A stretch of 64,000 bases of DNA from Rhynchobatus australiae (taxonomy: Eukaryota). The stretch is taken from assembly GCA_034780895.1 (NCBI GenBank), contig JAUZTB010000127.1:69020101-69084100 (forward strand), in the 5' to 3' direction. Below the pieces are notes generated by a model that saw only the letters and a list, made by a program, of their open reading frames with translations, was not told the DNA's origin and made no database searches. Both the position numbers and the translations under genes were made by a program. Below, piece by piece: positions 1 through 13,389 of the stretch (positions within the stretch are counted from its first letter, which is position 1; each line of letters opens with the position of its first letter).

Positions 1-1995
1 TTCGCTCCACATCCTACCCACTCCCTACTTATCCCCTTGCTCTTGATGCATGTATCGAATGCCTTGGGATTCTCTTTAATCTGACTTGCCAAAGAATTTT
101 CATGGCTCCTCCTGGCTCTCCTAATTCTCTTATTGAGTTCTTTTCTGGCTTCTTTATAATCCTCAAGGGCTCTGTTTGATTTTGGCTTCCTAAACCTTAC
201 ACACGCTTCCTTTTTCTTCTTGACTAAGTTCACCACCTCTCCCGTCATCCAAGATTCCCATACTTTTCCATCCTTGTCCTTCCTTCTTACTGGAACATAC
301 CTGCCCTGTACTCTGTGCAGTTGGTCTTTAAACATGACAGATGTGGATGCTCAAAAACAGCTGTTCCCAGTTAACTCTCCTTAGATACTGCCTAATGCTC
401 TCATAATTTGCCCTGTTCCAATGTAATACTCTCCCACAAGGTCCATGCGTATCCTTATCTATAACTATCTTAAAGCTTAAGAGGTTATAGTCACTGTTCC
501 CTAACTGCTCTCCCACTGAAAGATTGGTCACCTGGCCAGGCTTATTACCCAACATCAGGTCCAGTACAGCTCCTCCTCAAATTGATTTAAGAAACCCTCC
601 TGGATGCACCTAACAAATTCTGTCCAGTCTAAACCTCTTACACTAAGGAGGTCCTAGTCTATATTAGAGAGGTTGAAGTCACTCACTACAACAACCCTGT
701 TGTTTCTACACTATTTCCTAATCTATCTGCATATTTATTTCTCAATGTCTCAGTGGCTTTTGGGGGNNNNNNNNNNNNNNNNNNNNNNNNNNNNNNNNNN
801 NNNNNNNNNNNNNNNNNNNNNNNNNNNNNNNNNNNNNNNNNNNNNNNNNNNNNNNNNNNNNNNNNNNNNNNNNNNNNNNNNNNNNNNNNNNNNNNNNNNN
901 NNNNNNNNNNNNNNNNNNNNNNNNNNNNNNNNNNNNNNNNNNNNNNNNNNNNNNNNNNNNNNCTTGGAACGTTAAGCATCCATTCCTGTCCCTCTCTCAA
1001 CCAAGTCTCTGTTATGACCACAACATCATAGTTCCACATACTGATCTATGCTCCAAGTTCATCACCCTTGCGTATAATACTCCTAGTATTAATATACACA
1101 CACTCCAACCCATCTGTCCCATTGTGTCTATTACTTTGCTCCTGCCTGTTCTTACTGGTCACAACCTCCCTTTACTTTCTGACCTGGTGCTCTGGTTCCC
1201 ATCCTCTGCCGAACTAGTTTAAACCCTCCTGAGAAGCACCAGTGAACCTCTCAACCAGGATATTGGTTCCTCTCCAGTTAAGGTGCAACCCATCCCTCTT
1301 GTATAGGTTACTTTTGCCCCAGAAGAGGCTCCAATTATCCAAGAACCTGAAACTCTGCGCCCTGCACCAGTTCCATCTTTCTATTCCTGCCCTGACTAGC
1401 ACACGGCACTGGGAGTAATGCAGAGATTACTACCTTTGTGGTCCTGCTTTTCAGCCTCTTTCCTAACTCCCTATGCAGGACCTCATCCCCCTTTTACCTA
1501 TNNNNNNNNNNGCCAATGTGCACCACAACCTCTGGCTGCTCACCCTCCCCATTGAGAATGCTCTGCAGCCGCCCTGAGACATCCTCGATCCTGGCACCCA
1601 GGAGACAACGCACCATACCGGCGTCTCTTTTGCAGCCACAGAATCTCCTGTCTGTCCCTCTATCCATCGAGTCCTCTATCACATTGTTCTGCCTGACTTT
1701 ACATTTCCCTGGTGAGCCTCAGAGTCGGCCACAGTACCACTGACCTGGCTGCTGCTGCTGTACCTGAATAGGTCCCCCCCCCCCCCAAGNNNNNNNNNNN
1801 NNNNNNNNCTGTACTTTAGGTGTGACCACCCCACTAAAATTCTTGTCTATGATGGTCTCAGCATACAGAACAATGCTTAATACGTCCAACTCCAGCTCCA
1901 GTTCCTTCACACTGCAGCTTGGTGCACTTCCTACAACTGAAGTCATTGGGGACACTGGCAGCCACCCTGATCTCCCACATTCTGCAAGACTTGCG
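1..1995 (-). mobile_element. Degenerate CR1 LINE, 5' half (ORF1 zinc-finger/zipper and SGNH esterase; ORF2 APE endonuclease)
   Basis: Minus-strand fragments DSMDRGTDRRFCG..RCLLGARIEDV..PEVVVHIG and FLDNWSLFWGKSNLYKRDGLHLN (ORF1 esterase); YDVVVITETWL and LGNSDYNLLSFKI..WNRANY (endonuclease region). Contains stops and frameshifts. Confidence 0.88.
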
Positions 1996-4900
1996 TGATC
2001 CCTACCCTTACCCCAGTCTCCATCCCCAGCCTCAATCCTCAGACCATAATTGCCTGTTTCCCTTACCCCAGCCTTGGACCTGTGTAACATGTTTTAAAAC
2101 ATCAAAAGAAAAAAAATGACCCATTTCATTTGGTCTTTATTGAAATAGGCCCTTCTGCTTTATTGATATTTTGAGGAGCTGATGGAAAATACTCAGCAGA
2201 TCAGGCAGCAACTGTCAGATTGATTATATTTCCCTGAGTGAAAGAAAATACATAGTCTTGATTCATATGTAGAGAGTCATTAGAGTAATTGGTATGAATA
2301 TTAGTGCAGATTCAAATGGAAAAAAAAACAACCACATTATTCCCTGGGGGAGAAAATAATCCCAAAAGGGAATTCTCCAGTTTGAGAGATCATAATTCAT
2401 TTGGTAGCNNNNNNNNNNNNNNNNNNNNNNNNNNNNNNNNNNNNNNNNNNNNNNNNNNNNNNNNNNNNNNNNNNNNNNNNNNNNNNNNNNNNNNNNNNNN
2501 NNNNNNNNTAATTCATTTGGTAGCATATTGCCGTACAGTAGTTTCTATAATTTTCTTACACTGATTCCACATGGAGAGATATCTGCAGAGGGGAATATAG
2601 TGGATGTATTGGACAGTAAATAGCAGATATTACCTATAATAACCAAAAATGGACAAGATATTACATCCAACTGTTGTTCTCTCACTATTTTAGACCCAAT
2701 CCACCAAAACGTTTCTTGAGGTACTTAACTATTTGATATTTTGGTAAATTGACAAAAATAAGTAACTGTAGAACTTAGACACCAGTCTTGTGCCCTCAAC
2801 CCCACTGATAGAGAACTTAACTGAGGCAAGGCCTAGAGCTGATAAACATAACAGAGAGAAAAATCTCTGAAAGATTACAACAGTGGCATGGCACAAATAA
2901 ATAATGTAATGGAGAAACCGTATTCAAATAATCCTTCTGAAAAGGGGAACTGAGAATTCAAAAACCAGAATGCAATAGTGACAATTTCTGGACTGAATTT
3001 TGCCATCATCATTCATACAATGAGACTCGAGCTATTGTGACAATTCAGACAGGTTTATTGCTTGGTTTCTTATTCTTCAAACCATGCTGGAACTTTTGCC
3101 TAGCTTGTTCAGCGAGACAAATGTAGCAATATCCAATTGCTTTTGGTAAAACTTTTACATCCAGAATCTTTCTGGATTTAGAGTAGTATGAGTAACTTTC
3201 CTGTAGATAAGACTTCTCACTTTGTTAAAGAAACCATATGTGAAGAAACTTACTGAAAAATTATTTGATGCATTTAATAGTGTTCAACACAGCCTTAACA
3301 ATTTTGCAGAACTTTATTGGAATTTTGGAAGCATCCACAAATTACAGAGCTTAATCCAAGGGTTTCTGATGGGATTTTGCAAAATGGGGGTTTTATTCTT
3401 CCATGGGACAGCTTATATATGCACATTATTTACTTATATATTCATAATGTTCCTTTCTCTCACACACATTGGTATATTTCTTGAGTTTTGCTTCAAGAGG
3501 AACTTTCTCAAGTTTCCTTATGGAAAATAATTATAAAACTCAAATACATAAATTTGCATATCAAAGATTTCATTTAAAGTGTCAAAACAAAGTCAAATAT
3601 TGAAAGAAACGTACTTCAGATAATATTTTATAACGTTGCTCTCAGTCACTTCTGACCAAAGTTCTACATCTAGTGAAACATGATATAAAGTTTGCTGATA
3701 TTGTCAATAACATCAATCAGTTTATGACAATAATTTTGTTAAATGCCTCCAAATATTTGAAGGCACAATTTTGTTTGTGCTGCACTTTATGTTAATAGAA
3801 CCAGTACAATTTCATTCACCAGTGTTATTCTTTGATTTCCATGCACATTCTATCTTATTGTGACGTGCATGGCAAGACAGTGTAGTATGGAGTTTAAATA
3901 GATGGAGAAACTGGACAGTGATTAAGAAAATGACTTCTCAAGTGAAGACACGGTAATTGAATTTATGACAATTTTTGGAGAAGGGTGGATTTATTTTTTG
4001 AAACTAAATTTCTGAGCCACTGAGGCCAAGATTCATATCTCTCCTCAAATCTAAATATTTCATACATTTGGCTACTTAAATGCAAATGACCAACAGGAAA
4101 GAAATAATTAAAATCTAAAACAAATGGGGCTTAATTATTTTATAGTTCTGAATTAAATTTGAAGATTTCAAATCTAACTTTTCAAATTAATACTTCAGTC
4201 ATAACTGTATCACACACAATAAAAAGATTCAGGCTTTTTTTAAAATTAAGACTAAGTTGACATTTAGTCCTGTTGACATTTGCATTGTTGACAATGATGA
4301 CTAATTTTCCATTGAGTTGCTTTAAAAATTTAAACACAATTCACAATAAATCATAATATATACAATATAAAGTTGTTTAATCAGGTGTTTCATAAAATAG
4401 ATATTACAATTGCATTTAGATATTCCTAAACTAAATATCACACAAAGATTAAATCAATTTGCATCACATTTGACCCTTATGAATTTGTAGCCAACTGCGT
4501 GTAATGAAGAGGCAGAGACTTGTGTCTAATCTGGAAGCAGACTTGTTTTGCAAGTTGTCAATGTTTTCTGATGATTTACTATCTTAACACCAATATTTCA
4601 AATATCTACATTTCTGATTTTTTTCTTGTTTTTCCAAAAGCTACACAAAAGAAAAAATGTTTGGACTATAGATATATCCAAACATTTATCATTAGTCAAA
4701 TTGGGTTCTGTTATATACAGTAAAAAAATAAATTATTCACAGTTTTTATATATTCTTCAGTTAAACATCTATTCTTTTTTAGTAGATTCCAAAATCACTG
4801 CACTGCATTCTCCTGCTGGGTGCTGTGCAATTCTCAGCTTTAATTTGGTAAAGGCTTCATGTACTTTGGCTTTGTGCAAAGGCTCAGCTTCATGATACAG

Positions 4901-6726
4901 TGCTGCACATCATGAACCTGTGTATTTTCTTGCTTCCTAATCAATACTGGATATCAGAGTGGTTGGGATAAATATTAAGAAAATGTGATGAATTTATTTT
5001 CCAAAATAATGTCCTATGATGGCCTTAATTTGTAGCACTTGGGCAATCTATCCACTCAAATATTTCCTCCAATTTTTATTTAATATTTCTCTCCTCTCCA
5101 CCCACACATTCCATTGAGCCCTGACAACCTATTGTCTTGAACTGAAACCTAATGGCTTTCCTCTAAGTTTTATCTGTTGCCCTCACTCCCCCCCCACAAA
5201 CACACACACACACACGTGAGCAAGAGAGATGTAGCATTTCTACTATACACCATTCCAGACACTGAACAGCTATTGTTGACCTCCTATCAATACCAATGCA
5301 AATCTGTATCCCACAATTCTGAGCCCCCACACAGTCCTAACACCATCAAATCAACTTTCTCAGAACTGATTAAAGACATCACATGATACTTCCAGACAAT
5401 AACACCAAAACACCAATTGAAAGAGCAGTAAGATGGTGCTCAGTGTACACGAGTCTATTTTCAATACCAAAGACTTGGAGATTCCCTAAACGACAAGTGG
5501 AGGGGGCAGATAATTTTGCACAGATATGGTTAAATTCCTAAAGATCCTCACCTTGCTCACTTTTTGAAATGTCTGGGATTAGTTGCCACAATTTATGTTT
5601 CAAGTTCCAACATGTCACGGAAAGTTCTGGAAATGTACAGATTTGTACATTTGAAGGATTTCCTTTAATAGCTCCCAACCAAACTCCATCCTCAGCAAAC
5701 CCAAATCATTCCACCGTCCCTTCCCACAGTCAACCTTCACCACCACTGCCTTCACAAGGGAGGTCACTGGGAGAATGAATTTTCTGGTTACGATTGGATC
5801 AAATGACAATGCACACCACATTCTTTCAAACAGTCATAGATCCCTACAGATTGGCTTGATTAGTAGCACTTTCACCCTAGTCTGAAGGCTGTGGGTTCAA
5901 ATTCCTCATCAGGAAATAACACAGCAATACTGTTGGGAGTGCTGCACTATATATAAACTGTTAATCTTTATTAGTTCATCAAAGCTGTAATCAGAATGGT
6001 GTGGGATCAGAACTTATGTAGTAATAAGAAATGGGTAAAATCTACATGGTTAGGAATAATATGCATCACAAGTCTGTGCTGGCAGACTGCAATTTTTGTC
6101 TCCCCCCCCCACCCCCCTGTGAACAAAAATTTATAGGTTGAAGAGTGTAATGTGGAAAAATTCAGCTTATAAATCTTTAAATATTGGCGCACATGCTCTA
6201 ACTAACCTTCTTGGAAATATGACTAAACTGACATGGTTTCAACTTATCCACTTGGCTGGTTACTTCTGTGACAGGAGGTGTCTAAATCTTAGAATCCCTA
6301 GGGTTCAAAATCCTCAAGGTGAGTTTTATGGTTTTAATGAATATAGTTTCTGAATTCAAAATAGATACTTAAATTTAACACTCAAAATGAAAGGCAACCA
6401 AGAAATTTTAAAACTAATAATTTGAAGAGAAAGAATTAGATTAGATAGAATGCTGTTTTGATCTAAGATTTAAAATGAAAGAACAGTAACAAATTAGGGA
6501 ATGATTGAAATGGACTTGAAGGAGAATGTTTTTTTTAAATTATAAAGTCATATCTTAAAGTTTGGCTTTAATAATTTAGGATTCACATTACATTTGAGGT
6601 AACAAGACTGAACTTTTCATTTAAATGTGGTGCATGTCTCAAAAAGAAGCCTGCTTTCAAAAAGAAAGAAAATATCAAAGAAAAATCAGTTACACTGATC
6701 TCATGAGGCTGGACTGTGCTGCTCTA

Positions 6727-7355
6727 AATTTTGGACTGTACATCTCCACCAGTACAAGGATTGTGTGAATGCAGGAAATATGCATGAACTCTTTTTTAAA
6801 ACTGCATGAGGGTGCAGCTTTTTTTTAAGTGAGCAATTGAGTATTTTGGCAGACATACACAATCAAGGGAATTTGCATGTAGTGAAGCTCTGCCATGAAA
6901 CTGGTTGTATGCCAGTTTTTCATAAGGTTAGCACCATGGCACAGTAGGTGTTTTGGTGCCTCACTGCTCCAGAGGTCAGCCAGAGTTCAATCCTGAACTC
7001 TGGAGTTTTGATGGTCTCCCTGTGACTGTATGCGTTTCTCCAGTTTCCTCCCAAATCCCAAAGCTGTGGTAATTGGTTAGTGAAAATTACTCCTGTTGTA
7101 AGTGGTAGAAGAATCAGGGTGGAGTTGGTAGGCACATGAAAGTGAATGCAGTACAGGGAATAAGTTGGGGAATAGGGTTAAAGGGATAACTGAGAACTGA
7201 TGTTGACTCAAATTCCCTTGATTGTGTATGACTGCCAAAATACTCAGTTGCTCATTAAAAACAAAAGCTGCACCCTCATGTAGTAAGAAAGAGTTCATGT
7301 GTATTTCCTGCATTCACACAATCCTTGTACTGGTGGAGATGTACAGTCCAAAATT
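6727..7355. repeat. Inverted duplication: arms 6727-6875 and 7209-7355
   Basis: aattttggactgtacatctccaccagtacaaggattgtgtgaatgcaggaaata...caatcaagggaatttg recurs as its reverse complement with few mismatches. Confidence 0.92.
6930..7208 (+). mobile_element. tRNA-derived V-SINE/HE1-like SINE, 3'-truncated
   Basis: A-box-like tggcacagtagg, B-box-like gagttcaatcc, V-domain-like 'tctccctgtgactgtatgcgtttctccagtttcctccca'; similar to copies at 24672 and 54399. Confidence 0.7.
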
Positions 7356-7631
7356 GTCTCACGAGAATATGAAAAATGGGAGAATTCTTTGTAGTTATGT
7401 TGGAAAATTCTATTGAATTCTGAGTCACTTTGGTGAATCAGTAAAGGGACATAATTCAGGGTTATGACTAAAATAAAATAATAGAATGTGTGATTTTCCT
7501 ATGTGCTAGAGCCAAACACTGATTTTCCCAACAGTCCAATCACAAATGCAGTTTTGAAATATACTTGCAATACATTTGTGCTCTCTCTGAAGTAAAAACG
7601 TTCATGTGAGGTTTGCTGTTTAAACAGAGCA

Positions 7632-7649
7632 GTGTCACCACCTGGTGGA
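7632..7649 (-). promoter_or_regulatory. Candidate CTCF site
   Basis: Minus strand reads TCCACCAGGTGGTGACAC, close to the CTCF core CCACCAGGTGGCG; motif match only. Confidence 0.35.
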
Positions 7650-10479
7650 TTAGTAATGTTATGCAGTTCTGGAATGGTTGGGGTTGATCGCAGAAATCCC
7701 ACATTCTCAACTAAAGGGGCTCCAGTGAATTCTCAGATTGGTGAGCAACTTGAAACATCTACTACAGTGAATCCCACATACTCCAAACGAGATTTTCAAG
7801 ATCTAGCTGCTTCAGTTTCTCCTGTCCTTGATCATGACTCAACAGAATGGGCAGAAACATTAAAATAGCGATAGATACTACTAAGAAGACAATTCTGATC
7901 TACACATCAGATGACTCAATTTACTATGTTTTTTTAAAAAAAGCATTAGTTCCAAATGGAAATCTCTCATATCCTTAAACTATGTGGGCAAGAACACCCG
8001 AGAGAAGACCAAAGAATTTTTGTTTGGAGCAGGCAGGTGGAGGAGAGGAGTGAGGGAGGGAGAAAGAAAAGAGGAAGAGCAAAAGAAAGAGGCGAGTGCA
8101 AAGTTGGTTGATTTTATATTTGTTTGTATGGCATTTTCATTACAATATATTACTTGAAGTATTAAATCTCTGAAGTGGTTACATTCTGAATTAAGGTCTA
8201 GATAGGTGAAGATTACACTCAAAACAAAGCACTGACCTGTAATATTGCCCGTGATTTCTAAACTGTAATCAGTGGCACATGATTAGATGTTATTTTCCTG
8301 CTCTGTGATAGGATTAGAGACACACAGAACAAAGAAACCCCATGCATTATTTAAAACATAGAATATTGAAAATAAAGAATGTGATTAAAAGAAAATATTA
8401 ACAAACACCATACAATTTAAGTGTTTATTTGCCAATAATAGGGAATAATCTCTGAACACACTGAAACTTAAGACCTTCATCAATCAGGCCTCATCTGGGG
8501 GTAATCTATTGCCTACTGTTCAGGGTGGGTGAAGTAGGTTATATAAAAAGAAACAATAAATGGACATTCCATCCATCCTAATTTCAACCTATTTCTGGTA
8601 ATAACGAAAGCAGGGTGGTGGCCAGGATAACCAAGCTGATCTTGGGTGGTGGCTTGGTACTTAACTTTGTTTTAACAATGCTGTAAGGCTCTATTTTTAC
8701 CTGATTACTTTTAAGACTGATAAACCAGGTTTCCTGAGTAGATGGAAGGCTTAAAGACTTTGAGCAGGTTAATTTTGTGTGGGTAATAGCAGGAGAGTTT
8801 CCTCCCATCCCAACATACACCTTTCCACAATAACTTAACCTTTGCCATCTATATGCCCTTCGCTGCACACTAGCTCCCCCAATCATCTTTCTGCCATCAA
8901 TATATACCTCTGTTCTCTGACTAGCTGTCCCCATTTCCTCTTCACCCCATGATATTTTGGACTTACTTCAATTGATCGGGATCTTTCCATTCATTGATCC
9001 TTCAGCTGTGGCCTGGAACCACTGGCCTACACGTGATACAGAGAGCTTTCAATCTGGTTGACTTATTTTGGGGAAAACATGAAATAATAAAATAAAATTC
9101 AGATCCTAGGATTGAATTTGACAGATTTCTGGGAAATCTAATTCTGGGTTTTCTGGACCCTAAACTTCTTGCAATCTTACTGCCTCAATTAGTTACTTGG
9201 CCAGGAAATTTACTTCAATGCCAAATTTCAAATGAAATGCTTAGAACAGTAAGTCTGTACTATAGAATATTGCAGAAATATTTCTATATGGTGATTGAGG
9301 TACCCATGTTAATACATCTCATGGACTACTGTAGACTGCAGTCCATTATACAAAAATTAGTACGTACTTTTAAGTAGAAATCCACTAATTCCAGTTTTGA
9401 ATACATGCTTCATACTAATTTTAACATGAGAAGTATTGTCTGAAAAAACTAAATTCCATCCCAATCAACTTGCAATACATCTTCATGATACAAAAGCCAT
9501 TATAGTCCCATAAATGAGAAATTCTGTGCAAAGCAAATCATAAATTGCGCAATCATTCAAACATTCTCAGTTTGTACTACTCCTTTATTCTAGCACACCT
9601 ACCAAGAATACATCACCATATTCCTTTTACCACATATTCAAATGCTGACTGCAAATGGAATGCCTATCTACAGCCTATTGTGACTGAAATGTCCAATGAT
9701 GACAATAGCTGCCAGTTTGATAATATCTGTAGTGTCCAATCCACATCTGCTGAAAGCACACAACTGACTGTTTCTAAATATATACATTTAATCATTTACA
9801 AAAAAGGACTGGGGCTACCTTTATTGGAATGAACACAGTCGTTACTGCAATGCTAACATACTTACCTATAGATGTCACAAACACACTGTTCTAGTATATT
9901 TCTAGACTGTGCTGTAGACAGTTGGAATTAGATAATCATGTGCCAATTCTATCTGCCAATAAACTCTGAAATTCTCAGTGATTTTCTCGATAAACTGTGG
10001 TTCTGGTATCTGAGATTNNNNNNNNNNNNNNNNNNNNNNNNNNNNNNNNNNNNNNNNNNNNNNNNNNNNNNNNNNNNNNNNNNNNNNNNNNNNNNNNNNN
10101 NNNNNNNNNNNNNNNNNTCTGAGATTTATGGGCAATTTCACTAAAATTTTAACCTACACCAGAAATGTCATTTTCAATCAGAAGCTTCACTTTACTAGTT
10201 TCTAATGCCCTCTGTGTGCCAGCTGCCCAGAGTATTTTGCCCAAATGGCCACTGTCTGTCTCTGGGCTTTATAACCCTGGAAAATTATTACAATAGGACC
10301 CAATCCTGTCCTTAGCTAACATGCTCATATTTCAGTAAAGGTAACCGATACTGGAACAGTAGCTGATTTTCCTCTTTCTTGTCACCCTGCTGAAGCCAAT
10401 GACGTTTCTAGTTTGTCTTACCATTTGTACACTGGCCATTGGGCTTACTAATAAGCCATCAGAAGAAATTGAAAGCATT

Positions 10480-10635
10480 TTTATTTGAGTTATATATTTA
10501 ACTCATTGCCTTTAAGCAGAAAGGCAAAGCTTTGGGGTGCTATTTGTATACAGACAATATAATAATGTTTCGGATTGCAAAAACCAGCATTGTGGCACTT
10601 TAATTTAAAATGCATTCTGGGCCTTCTGGTTTATT
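10480..10635 (-). other. Candidate shroom4 polyadenylation signals (AATAAA at 10635-10630 and 10485-10480)
   Basis: Minus-strand AATAAA hexamers about 1.0-1.15 kb after the stop codon; the true 3' end cannot be fixed from sequence. Confidence 0.25.
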
Positions 10636-11623
10636 CCCTTCACCACAAAAAAAATGGCACTCATTCCCCTTCAAAAATAATAACTAAAAGTCCCAATAAA
10701 TAAGTTGCCAAGAAGAATGGTTTTGTCAAGGACTTGTTAACTGACCTATGCAATGTTAAGTGCAACTATTTAGTATTAGACACTGAACCAGAAGAAACAA
10801 AAAACAACTACAAAAAGTGGAATTTGGAAAAAAAAATGGATTCACAAATGACATTTACTGTAATAACAACAACCAGGAACGAATATCCTTCGTACTCAGC
10901 TTCTGACTTGTGTGGGCATACACAGTGCAACTCAACTCCACTCCAGAAAATGGTTAACAAATTGAACTAATCGAGTTATTTTGGCAGATCTCAAATTCAA
11001 ATCAATTTACCATCAAAATTATGAACATCTCCCTATAACTTTCTGCTGAAGGCACTGATTCTTAACATTGCACAGACAGCCCTTGAGTGCTTTGTTCACT
11101 TTGTCACTTTTGTGCAAGTCCAAACATTGTCCAGGCAATCTGACAGCAGTAACCATCATGCTCAAGCTCAATATGCTTCTCAGCCAACATTGATTTTTTC
11201 CAGAAGTCATACTGGATAATAATCAGGATTAGGAATGCAAGGCAACTTTCTCATTTCCAACTGTGAACTCGAAGCTATTTGGGGTCTTTAAGATACCTTA
11301 TCTAAACAGACCAATCAGTACTAGAAGGAAAATTAAAATGGGATCTTCCTGATTTCTGTGACCCAGCTCTATACAAGTTGCCTTGACAAATTGCGTGGAA
11401 GCTAACACTTCCTTACTTTCACGTGAGCTACTTCCACTGAAGAATTACAGATAACATTATAAGCAAGGCTAAAGTTCACAATCATCAATCACAAACAGGA
11501 GACATATATTCTGCATTTCAAACCACTGGTTATCAACACATTTGAAAAATGAATCCATTGCTTTGGAATTTGAAAAGTTTGTGGTTAGTAACTTAGGCCA
11601 GGGTTTACTTTCTGATCTGTATT

Positions 11624-11899
11624 TCAGATGTTGTCTTTGTGTGCTCCAAGAGATAAGCTCTCCCTCAGACATTTGAGCTGCTCTTCACCAAGTTTGATTT
11701 TATCTTCCAGCTCTCGCTGCTCAATGATGAGAGCAGATTTCATCTTTACGAAGTGAGTGTAATCCTGGAGCTCATCTTCCGACAAATGCTTGACCAGAAT
11801 ATCATGGACAACACGTTCCCTGCGATCCACATGTTCCTTCAGCTCTTTGGCCTCTTCAAGCTGTGCTGTGAGTTGCTTTTTCTTTTCATTCAGTGCATG
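11624..11899 (-). CDS. shroom4: Shroom4 terminal coding exon, ASD2 C-terminus
   Basis: Acceptor ttgcag|CAT at 11899, stop TGA at 11626-11624. [24 protein letters not shown]...[37 protein letters not shown] is nearly identical to the recalled human SHROOM4 C-terminus. Confidence 0.96.
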   Translation of the reverse strand, partial: HALNEKKKQLTAQLEEAKELKEHVDRRERVVHDILVKHLSEDELQDYTHFVKMKSALIIEQRELEDKIKLGEEQLKCLRESLSLGAHKDNI

Positions 11900-12335
11900 C
11901 TGCAAGTTAAAAGGAATTGTGTTAGTCAGTTAAAATGGTCTCATCTTCATTTTATTTCTGCATTTTCCTTTACTGTTTCCCAGGCAGAGCATTATGTTGG
12001 AAAACACATCCACAGAAATTAGCAATCTTGCAACATTATTCCCATCTGATTGTTATTTATGTGTGCACATAGTGAATGCCAGCAGGCTAGGTGGTTGTAG
12101 CAATCATCACAACTGAGGTCCTCTCTGTTCTCACACAATACCTACACAAGTTACTTTTCACCATGTTTACCAGGTAACAAACCAAATGCAAGGACAACGC
12201 TTAAATTCATAGTAAACTCAAGCAGAGTGATTAAGCAAGGATTTTTGTTCCCCCTTATGGAGAAGTGAACTGGTTGTTCCGATGAAGGATCTTTGACCTG
12301 AAACATTGACTGTTTGAGATGTGACTGACTAAATA

Positions 12336-12603
12336 CAGGAAGTCCCCGGGTTATGAACAAGTTCAGTTTTTGAGACTGTTCGTAATCTGATTTTGTATGT
12401 AACTCGGAACAGTGTCTGTGCGTGCGCACCTGGCCTGGGGATCGCGGCCACACATGGCCCCAGCCGCACATGTGCACTTAGCCCAGGGTTGGACCAAAGA
12501 AGGTGTACCACCGCCATGTTAGGATCGGGGGCTGGGCCTGCTTACAAACCAACCATGAAGGTCGGTTCGTAAGTACAGGCGTTCGTAAGTCAGGAACTTC
12601 CTG
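12336..12603. mobile_element. Tc1/mariner (Tigger/pogo-like) MITE
   Basis: TA duplication at 12334-35 and 12604-05. TIRs CAGGAAGTCCCCGGGTTATGAAC and GTTCGTAAGTCAGGAACTTCCTG (18/23 complementary). No ORF. Confidence 0.88.
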
Positions 12604-12749
12604 TACTCTTAAAAATAGCTCACTTGGACCCAATAGGATAAAAGACTCCCTTTGGTTTCAGAATTCTATGACTCTATTTGATTCTGGTGATGGGAACTTT
12701 GACATCCACCTAAGATAATTGATATATGGCCTTGGTTTATTATCTCAAC

Positions 12750-13212
12750 AGAAGATGGGATCTCAAGCAGTGTAATCCTCCCTAAAGGAGTGAGGGGAGA
12801 AACAGGAAACTGCACCTGGAACATTGTGTACTGTTTTGCCATTTGAGGTGAAATCAAATAGTCTCAACGAATCTTAAACAAGTTTTACAGGGCTCAACTG
12901 TTGAGCCCTGTAAAACTTGTTTAAGATTCATTGAGATTACCTCTTGTTCCTTGAGGATACAGGCTGAGACTCAGGGTAAGGAGGAGGCCATGAAGGACTG
13001 AAAAGAGAAGAAATTTCTTTATTCAGAGAATGGAGATCTTTGGAATTTTCCAACCAGAAGGGCTGTGGGGATTCAGTCATTGAGTTCATTTAAAACAGAG
13101 ATCAATGGATTTCTGGACATTAAGGAACAACTGGGAAAGTGCAAGAAAATGCAGCTGGGTAGAAGATCAGCCGAGATTTTTATTAGATGGCCTACTCCTA
13201 ATTCTTACGTTC
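12750..13212 (+). mobile_element. CR1/L2-type LINE 3' fragment
   Basis: 'cacctggaacattgtgtactgttttg' (HLEHCVLF), 'gagaagaaatttctttattcagaga' and the typical tail 'ggcctactcctaattcttacgttctta'. Confidence 0.7.
12862..12936. repeat. Near-perfect palindrome (37-bp arms, 1-nt centre, 1 mismatch)
   Basis: tctcaacgaatcttaaacaagttttacagggctcaac-t-gttgagccctgtaaaacttgtttaagattcattgaga. Confidence 0.95.
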
Positions 13213-13389
13213 TTAAGTAAAGTGAACTGGAGGGTCAGCTTGGATTAACTGCTCATGACTATAGAGTGGGGCTCAATGCAAATTGGTGCTGAGTTGCATT
13301 GAATATGCTATTTTTCTCCAAACAACGTTTTGAATATCCACAGAGTCTAATGAATACAACTGTTAAAAGTATTTACTGACACTACATAC

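Noticed and set aside
7632-7868. 78-aa plus-strand ORF as an exon of a neighbouring gene
   Set aside because: No recognisable homology or partner exons.
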